From the human T2T-CHM13v2.0 reference genome, Homo sapiens: a stretch of 64,000 bases of DNA. Position numbers and translations under genes: made by a program. Of this stretch, positions 52,342-64,000 are shown one piece after another. The notes beneath the pieces were generated by a model, which was not told the DNA's origin, made no database searches, and worked only from the letters and a program-made list of their open reading frames with translations. The stretch lies in the NCBI RefSeq assembly GCF_009914755.1, contig NC_060927.1. One strand, given 5' to 3'. How positions within the stretch are numbered: position 1 is the stretch's first letter; the number at the start of each line of letters is the position of its first letter.

Positions 52342-53247
52342 TGTACATTCCTGTGTGTCAGGTTGACTACCTCATCCATCCCTGACTCTTGGCATGGCTT
52401 TGGACTGTGATTTACTAAATGTAGTTTCTCCCTGATGGTGAGCGTACAAGTGGTTTTCAGTTTTTAGTTATTGCAAAAAGTAATTCATTGAGCATCGTTG
52501 TATCTGGGTTTTTGAGCGTGATCATTTCTGTAGAAAGAATCGCACAAGATTCGTTCTAAAACAAGATAGAATCCACGGTCTATACCACAAGGCTTCTGGT
52601 ATAGATTGTGAAATGGCCCTCAGAAAAGTTATTCTCCTTTTTGTACCTCCAGTAAGTAGCATTTGGGAATACTTGGCTCGAGGAGCTTCCTGAGTGATTT
52701 TACTGGAGACCCCCCTCACTTCATAAGGGGCCGGCCCGGAGATGAAGATGTCAACACTTGAGTGTGACTTGCATTATTGGCTGGCCCTACCTGGGGGCCT
52801 TTGCTGAAAAGGGAACCATGAGCATCTTAGTAACTACTATCATCTAGTAATTTTTAAACTGACTTCGGTTTATCTTGAACGAACCATTTCAGTCCCCAGT
52901 AAGAATAAACCTAAGTTAAGGCAAAATTCAGGTGGATTAGATGAACAGTGGCAACGTGTTGGTGTTTAAGTCATGCTCTGAAACTTAGGTGTTGGGTTGC
53001 TAGGGAAGGGATTTTAAAAGATTGATGGGTACGTATGAGATACGCAAAAAGCTTTCTTTAAAGACATGTAAAAAGTTTCAAGTGCTTGGTATCATCTCCA
53101 TCAGTGAAAGTAAGTGGAATATGGTTTTTCATCTTTTTAAATTTACATTTTAATAAAATATTTGCAAAAATAGAGGGTTTTTTGTATTTATCATTTTCCA
53201 GTTTGGTCATAGAATCTTGAAAATTAAGTACATGCATAAGAGTTTAA

Positions 53248-53734
<487 letters not shown>

Positions 53735-54241
53735 GTTAGTGCCCTGCCCAGAGCCTGGTACATAAGTACCCAATAACTATTGGTATGCTGGATGAACTTA
53801 GAATATGACATGTGTTTATTAAATTGAATTTGTAACTTAGAGATCTATGTGACAGATATTTCTGAGTGAAGTGGAAATTGGGGACAAGGACAGATGTTAT
53901 CATCTTTTGGTTACAGGTGCAGTTGCATCCCAAGAAACACTACAGCCAGGACACCTGCATTTTTTTTTCTTTTTTTGTTTTTTTTTTTAACAACGTTACT
54001 GAAATATAACTCACATACCATAAAATTCACCCATTTAAAGTATACAATTCTTTCTAATATAATTAACTTTTTGAAGTGGTAAAATATATACAACATAGAT
54101 TTGCCATTTTAACAATTTTTTAGTGTACAATTCAGGGGCATTAAGTACATTCACAATAGTGTGCGATCATTGTCACTATCTATTTGCCAAACTTTTCAAT
54201 ACCTTAAACAGAAACACAGTAACCATTAAGCAATAACTCTG

Positions 54242-55096
<855 letters not shown>

Positions 55097-55219
55097 TTGT
55101 CTGGCTATTTCACTTAGCATAAAGTTTTCATAGTTCATCCATGTTATAGCATATGTCAGAATATCACTCCTTATTTTGGCTGAATGAAAAGGAATATCCT
55201 TTGTATATATATGCATTTT

Positions 55220-55254
55220 ATCACTTCTCAGCCTTTTGGCCGAGATCAAGTGTA
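55220..55254 (+). pseudogene. 3'-truncated U2 snRNA pseudogene fragment (nt 1-35)
   Basis: ATCACTTCTCAGCCTTTTGGCCGAGATCAAGTGTA vs U2 ATCGCTTCTCGGCCTTTTGGCTAAGATCAAGTGTA: 31/35 identity, two differences are CpG decay. Confidence 0.88.
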
Positions 55255-55681
55255 TGTACCGCGTTTTGTTTATTCTTATGTTGATGGACAACTTGGGTTG
55301 TTTTCATCTTTTGGCTATTGGAAAATGCTACAATGAACAATAGTATACAGGTGTCTGAGTGGCTGATTTCAAAACTTTTTGAGTGCATTCCTAGCAGCAG
55401 AATTGCTAGGTCATATAGTAATTCTCTGTTTAGGTTTTGAGGAACTGTCATATCATTTTGTATGACAGCTTCACCATTTTACAGTCCCACTAGCAATGTA
55501 CAAGGATTCCAGTTTTTCCACATCCTTGCCAACACTGATTATTTTCTGTTTATTTTTAGTATAGCCATCCTAGTAGATGTGAAGTTGTATTTCATTGTTG
55601 TTTTGATTTGCATTTCTGTCGTGATTAATGTTGTTTAGCATCTTTTCATGTGCTTATTGACCATTTGTATGTCTTCTTTAG

Positions 55682-56014
<333 letters not shown>

Positions 56015-56179
56015 CCCTTTCCCATTTTTAAATTGGGTTGTCTTTTGTGTTTATGAGCAGTAGAGTTCTTTATATATTCAGAATATGAAACCTCTATCAG
56101 ATATATGATTTCCAAATATTTTCTCTCATCCTTGTCCTTTCACTTTCTAGATAATGTCCTTTGATGCACAAAAATTTTA

Positions 56180-56550
<371 letters not shown>

Positions 56551-56853
56551 TAAGAATCCATTGCCAAATCCAAGATCATGAGGATTTACCTCTATGTTTT
56601 CTTCTAAGAGTTTTGTGGTTTTAGCTCTTACATTTAGATCATTGAGATAACTTTTGTATATGGTGTGAGATAGGTGAGGTTCAACTTAATTCTCTTGTGT
56701 ATGAAAATCTAGTTTTCCCCATAACATCTGTTGAAGAGACTATTCTTTCCCCACCAGTTAGAGTTGGCACCCTTGTCAAAAATCATTTGGCCACAGATAT
56801 GTGGATTTATTTCTGAACTCTCAAATTCTTTAAGGACAGAAACATTTTCTTCA

Positions 56854-57151
<298 letters not shown>

Positions 57152-57355
57152 AGAAGGATTTTCTTCAAATTTCTGACAGCGTCTAGTACAGTATCTCTTG
57201 ATAGCAGGTTCAAATGTTGAATGGAAAAACTGAAGGCTGGACATTTATCATAAGAAAACTTTTGTTGTGAAGGTACATCTCCCCTTGAGAAAACAAATAG
57301 AGCATAGCTGCTGCAAATCATACAAAACCATAGAAAAATTTAAAAGACATGTACG

Positions 57356-58015
<660 letters not shown>

Positions 58016-59062
58016 TATTTGACTTTGGAGTGCTTTCAGAACATTTGGTGGGCATTTAACTATTTGTTGAGTTAATGGATTACATTTGCTCATTCTGATA
58101 TTACTTTGTATAGACCATCCAGAGAATTACCAGTTACGAAGAAGTAAGTTGACTTTTGTGTGAGGATATTCTCAAAATGAAAAATCAGCTGATGGGCCAA
58201 AGTATCTTAAAGTCTGTTTTAAGTAAACATTGATCTCTGTGCTTTAGTGCCTTTTAGAATAATTATTCATGTTTACTTCCTTTCAGACCTCTAACCTAAA
58301 TCTCTATTTTATTTCATGTTTCCCTAAAGACTCACTAGTGGGCATATTTTTACGTGCATTTGATGAGTTGACTAGTGGTTTTTAATGATTTTCCCTGATA
58401 TGAATGGCCAAAAAACAGATGTCAGTCTGTTAACCTGTTGCATTTGTGGCTATTAAGAGTGTTTTCTATGTGTGCTCTCCTGCTTTTGAGCCAGAAGAGC
58501 AATTTCAATTAAATTTTAAAGTGGTGAAATTGGAATGGAATGTGTAAACTGACAGAGGTCATAAGACTAGTGAAACTGCTGGGATAGGTGATAGAGAAGC
58601 CCAAAAGCAGGAGGCAGAGTTGATTTTGGACATTTTTCTTAAACATTAGATGGGATTTGTTGATGGGAATTATTGTTTGTGGTAAGATCATTTGAAAAGT
58701 TTTCTTTGCTCTGTGTGCATTATTGGCACCCTCTACAGCTTTGTTAGAAAGTTGGATAGGTAATAAGAACCCAGGACTGGCAGTGGAGATGGCACTTGGA
58801 GGGATATGTGTTACTGATTTCCCCGTAATGAAGGAGAGAGGCTAGACCAGGTGATTTTATTGTTTTTTGTTTTCCAGTGCTGAAAATTGTATGACTCTCT
58901 CATATTTTGGTTAAGGCTGTTGTTATAAGATACTGGTCACTTTAATCCTTGCATAGAAAGCAGTTTTTAAAGTTAATCTCTGCCTTTTAAAATGGTACAA
59001 AATTTGAAGTATTTCAGCCTTTTATAAGCTGAATATACTTTTAATGTTCCAAAGAATAATTT

Positions 59063-59355
59063 CGTTTGTTTTGTTGTTGTTGTTTTTTGCTTTTGGAACA
59101 GGGTCTTGCTCTGTTGGCCAGGTTAGAGTGCAGTGGCATGGTCATGGCTCACTGCAGTCTCAAACCCCTAGAATCGAGCGATCCTCCCTCCTCCCATGTA
59201 GCTGGGACTATAGGCACGTGCCACCACACCCAGCTAATTTTTTTTGGTGTTACTCTGTTGACCAGGCTGGTCTCGAGTTCCTGGCTTCAAATGATTCTCC
59301 TGTCTCAGCCTCTCAAAGTGCGGGGATTACAGGGATGAGCCACCATGCACACTCC
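59063..59355 (-). mobile_element. Diverged Alu (AluJ type)
   Basis: Antisense dimeric Alu. Confidence 0.8.
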
Positions 59356-60061
59356 AAGGAGTAATTATAACAGTATTTTATAATTATTAATCATTTATAA
59401 AAAGATTTTTTTAGTGTTTTGCTTAAAATAATGGATAGCATGAACAAGAAAACTGAAATATTACTTTGTATTAAAACAACATTTTATTTAATCAGAGAAA
59501 AACTGGCAAAGAGAGTAACAAATTTTATATTGATTTGTTACTTGGTTTAAGAAGAAACATCAATTTTGATATATAGTTATATAAGTAGAATTAGAATGCT
59601 TCAAATTTGCCAGATAATTGCTTCAGTACTTACTCTTATCTTTGTTTATAATCCTCTCCTGTCATGTACACTTTTAATTATTGGAGAATTAAAAATTGCT
59701 ATTTTTTAAGTAGTCCTTAAATAATTGTTGAATGCCTGAATGATTGTTCATAGTTTAGAGAAGAAAAAATGTTTTAATGTGATCATGATTTCTAATCTTT
59801 CTTATAATTGGTGGTATTGCCTTTTATACTTCTCCATGAAAAGGTATTATAATTAAGATGTTGTATCTTAGTGTGATTTAGTAGTATTTGGAATTCCTTA
59901 TAATAGAAAACAGAGCAATTGTTTTAGGTTTGAATACCTACATTACTGAACTTTCTAGAGTCTCTGAAAATTGAAGAGCAAAACTTGAATAGCACCCCTA
60001 AATACATTCTGATTTACAAAGGATGCCTTATCAAAGTTTATATTATGCTGTTTGGCTTATT

Positions 60062-60841
60062 TTTTATATTATATGTATGTATAATATGTATATATTATAT
60101 ATAATATGTATATATAATAAATATAATATGTATATAAATATATATATAGTATTTATATGTACTCCAGACTGGGCAACAGAGTGAGACCCTGTCTCAAAAC
60201 AGATATGTATATCTATATATATCTCTCTCTATCTACCTATCTACCTATCTGTCTATCTATATCTGTCACCCAGGCTGGAGTACATGTAATTATACTATCT
60301 TATACTATCTGTCTATCTATAATAGATCTATATATCATATCTATATATATAATATATATATATATGTTTTGAGACAGGGTCTCACTCTGTCACCCAGGCT
60401 GGAGTACATATAATTACATTGTGTATATACGTGTGTGTGTATATATATATGTATGTATATAGTATCTACTATATATAATATATAATATATATTATTATTT
60501 TGGACATAGATACTATTTATATATAGTATATATCTATATATTATCTATCTATATTATCTAATTAGATATCTAATTAGATCATATAGATATAGATACTATA
60601 TATACTATATTATATATAGTATATTTAGTATATATAGTGTATATAGTAACTATATATTATATATAGTATATATATAGATACCTGTTTTGAGACAGGGTCT
60701 CACTCTGTCATCCAGGCTGGAGTGCGGTGGCATGATCACTGCAGCCACTCACTGCAGCTTCTAACTCCTAGGCTCAAGCGATCCTCCCACCTTAGCCTCC
60801 CCCAGTAGCTGGGACTACAGGTGCATGCCACCATGCCTGGC
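60062..60841 (-). repeat. Alu right monomer (60683-60841) with a ~620-bp complex (TA)-rich tail containing duplicated Alu ends
   Basis: TA/TCTA microsatellite interleaved with three extra copies of the Alu 3' terminus; flanking direct repeat TGGCTTATT. Confidence 0.85.
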
Positions 60842-61010
60842 TGGCTTATTATATTGCTATGTATTCTTTTTGTTTTTATTGTTGTAGGATACCCTCTGGT
60901 TTCATAGGGGATAATCCTTAAGAGTAGAAAAGTTCACAAATTTGTGTGGTGCTAATTTTATAAAAGAGAGATTTATTTTAGGTACAAATATTTATCTAGT
61001 TTTTATTCTA

Positions 61011-61441
<431 letters not shown>

Positions 61442-62422
61442 TTAACCAGGAGAGAGCATTCTTGAGCATCTGTAGGAAACAGGCACTAATTAAGGAAAGG
61501 GCTAAACTAGGATAGATCTTGGAAGCAAAAAATAGTTGAATTTAGGATACTTTGGCAGGAGTGAAACTGTTAATCCCAAATCTTCAAATGTGAGGGTTTC
61601 CTATGCATGTGAATTTATGTGCACTTCTGATTTTAGTACAGCTTAATTAACACTGCAGCCCAGTTACTGTTTAGTTCATTGCATAGTACAGTACTGGGCT
61701 CTAGTTCTGGGTTGGATCCTGCCAGTTACATGAGCAAGGCACATAACTTTTGTGGATTCATCATTGGCACTAGTAAATTAAATGGGCTTAAGTAAGGGGA
61801 TAAATTAAGTTCACTCTTTGAGAGCAGACCAGCATATCCCTGTCTGCTTCTTGCAAACTCATTAGTTCTTTGAAGTTATCTAAACAGATTTTGAAAGTTA
61901 TGTTCCACCATAGTGTAGCCTTCTAAAATAAAGATTACATTTTAAATTAGTTGCCACTTTAACATTGATGCTCCCAGAAGATACATTGTGTTTATCCTGG
62001 AGTTTGATGTATTCCCTGACTCATAGCCTTGGGGCTTCTTACGCTTCAACTTGAAAAGCATAGGACCCAGAGGATCTCTTAGGTCTCTTGCAGCTCTGAT
62101 ATGCTATAACACTTGCAACAAAGGAGAGTTTGTTCTTTAGTTTTGATAAAGTATACCTTTAAGAAATTATAAATCCATAACAGGGAAAAATATGACTGAC
62201 TGATTTGCATGATGTAACATCTTTCTCTGAGAATTAAAGATTGCAATTCTATTTTATGTAGAAGCTGTTTCATCTGAAACTCCATGTAATTTAATAAATG
62301 GATTGCAAAATTAGAAAAACCCTTTGTAGATGTCATCATTGTTGCTTTCAATCTTTCTTTGCTGCAATTCTGCTTTTTTCTTTCCTGGCTGCTAATTGGA
62401 TTAAAGACTGTTTTTGCCAACC

Positions 62423-62466
62423 ATGGCATCTGGAGATGACAGTCCTATCTTTGAAGATGATGAAAG
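62423..62466 (+). CDS. FAIM: FAIM-L specific N-terminus in the 60-nt exon 2b (exon 62407-62466; MASGDDSPIFEDDE + AG)
   Basis: Kozak ACCATGG; acceptor TTAAAG| and donor AAG|GTAAAT; peptide is the recalled FAIM-L N-terminus. Confidence 0.93.
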
Positions 62467-62804
62467 GTAAATGTCTTATATTGCAGTAAACTAGCCTTTG
62501 ACATTTTCAAGATTGTTATCATTCAAAAGAGTGATTTATCCAAGATACTCTGTTAAGAATACATTTTGTAAAATTGCAGAATACATGGTTCTGCTTTTGT
62601 GTGATTTAAAGCAGGAGTAGTAAATACCTGGCGTGGAGGTAGCCACTAGAAACATGGCATCCATTTCAGTAGAGCCTTGATGTGAGGTCTTCTCATTTCT
62701 GTCAGCACAGAGTTCTTGGCAACCACTTCAAAATGATATAAAATCCATTTACCATCTTCAGTTTAGAGCGTACAGAGGAGATTAGGGCGAACAAAGAGGA
62801 AGAT

Positions 62805-63040
62805 GTAGTTAAGAGAACAGGCTTTGGAGCCAGAATCCTAGGTTTAAATCCTACCTCTGCCACTTAATGTCATTGTGACCTTAGGTAAACCCTTAGCCTC
62901 TCTAAGCCTCATCTGTAAAATAAGGATACTAATAGTAGCCATCTCATGGTGATTCTATGAGTTAATATATTTAAAGCTCTTAGAACAATGACTGATACAT
63001 AGTTATCACTTAATAGCTGTTAGCTATGATTATTATTACT
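62805..63040 (+). mobile_element. MIR
   Basis: GTAGTTAAGAGAACAGGCTTTGGAGCCAGA...CATCTGTAAAATAAGGATA. Confidence 0.75.
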
Positions 63041-63192
63041 GTAATAAATGATACTTCTGTCAAAGCTAAAAAGATACACCAATATCAAAATATTAATTAG
63101 ATATTATGTATTATGTCATTCACATAGGATATATTAACATCAAAAATATATGTTGAAGTATATGCCAGAAATCTCTGACAAACCAAAATCCT

Positions 63193-63484
63193 TTATTTAT
63201 TTCTTATTTTTGAGACAGTCTCACTCTTTCACCCGGGCTGGAACGTGGTGGTGCAATCATGGCTCACTGCAGCCTCAACCTCCTGGGCTAAGATGGCTCT
63301 CTTACCTCAGCATCCCAAGTAGCTGGGACTCCAGGCATGCGCCATCACGTGTGACTAATATGTTTGTAGAGACAGGGTTTCACCATGTTGTCCAGGCTGG
63401 TCTGGAACTCCTGGGCTCAAGTAATCTGCCCACCTCAGTCTCCCAAAGTGCTAGGATTACAGGCATGAGCCCCTGCACCCAGCC
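63193..63484 (-). mobile_element. Alu (AluJ type)
   Basis: Antisense Alu; flanks CCAAARTCCTTTATTT. Confidence 0.85.
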
Positions 63485-64000
63485 CAAAGTCCTTTATTTT
63501 TTTAAAATAAGATTTCCTGTAATAATGCCAAGAATATTTTTCATAACATTTAAAAATTATTTTTATCTTTATTATAGGGCATTTCTTCCATGACTTTTTT
63601 CTGTCTTAGTATAATAAATTAGAACCTTTTTGTTAAAACAAATCCCTAGTGCGAGTTTAAGTATGGGAGGTTTGGAGAGTTCTTGTTTTAGAGTGATTAG
63701 ACCTGAAAAAGAGAAATAAAATTAATTACCATGGTTTTTACATGGGAGCTGGTGGGAGAATAATAAAGACTTTTTACTGACCTTTCCATGCACTATACTG
63801 TAGCCTAACCTAGAATACTGACCAGGATAAACTGATGCATTCTTAATCCTATTAATATTAAGGTGGCTTTTTTTTAGAAGTAATCGGACTATGTACCCAT
63901 ATATAGTAGTTGTATCTTAAAGGAAGAGTGAATAAGAGGGAGAAAATAGTTACATGTACTGTGAGTAGAATTTCTTAGGTACTGTCACTTTAATATTTTG

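Noticed and set aside
52040-52410. ER-repeat and LS-repeat ORFs
   Set aside because: Translation artefacts of the (CT)n microsatellite
63150-63593. 147-aa ORF and the many similar Alu-overlapping ORFs in the track
   Set aside because: Generic Alu-derived peptides with no independent exon evidence

Overview
Human (or very close primate) genomic DNA, mostly interspersed repeats, holding the 5' ends of two divergent genes about 14.5 kb apart, each with its own CpG island. On the minus strand is CEP70: non-coding exons 1-2 and coding exons 3-6 (codons 1-155), followed by a long intron running off the left edge. On the plus strand is FAIM: exon 1, the Alu-containing exon 2a (MLLPFIRT...) and the 60-nt neuronal FAIM-L exon 2b (MASGDDSPIF...); the common coding exons lie beyond the right edge. 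The gene pair indicates chr3q22.3. Repeats include three L1s with recognisable target-site duplications (TSDs), about 35 Alus, a complete THE1A provirus, solo LTRs (LTR2B-, MER11-, MER34-, MLT1/MST-like), Tigger-family DNA transposons and a 35-nt U2 snRNA pseudogene fragment. I found no new multi-gene system. The most notable features are: (1) CEP70 exon geometry in which a back-spliced exon 3-6 circle creates a stop exactly at the junction, and an exon 4-6 circle is a stop-free endless ORF; (2) five upstream AUGs in the 103-nt CEP70 exon 2; (3) an L1 with an open ORF0 whose antisense promoter faces the first CEP70 coding exon; (4) an Alu-Alu recombination micro-inversion inside THE1A, shown by swapped TSDs. 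Gene and repeat names come from recognising the sequence, not from database searches. Repeat subfamilies and some boundaries are approximate.
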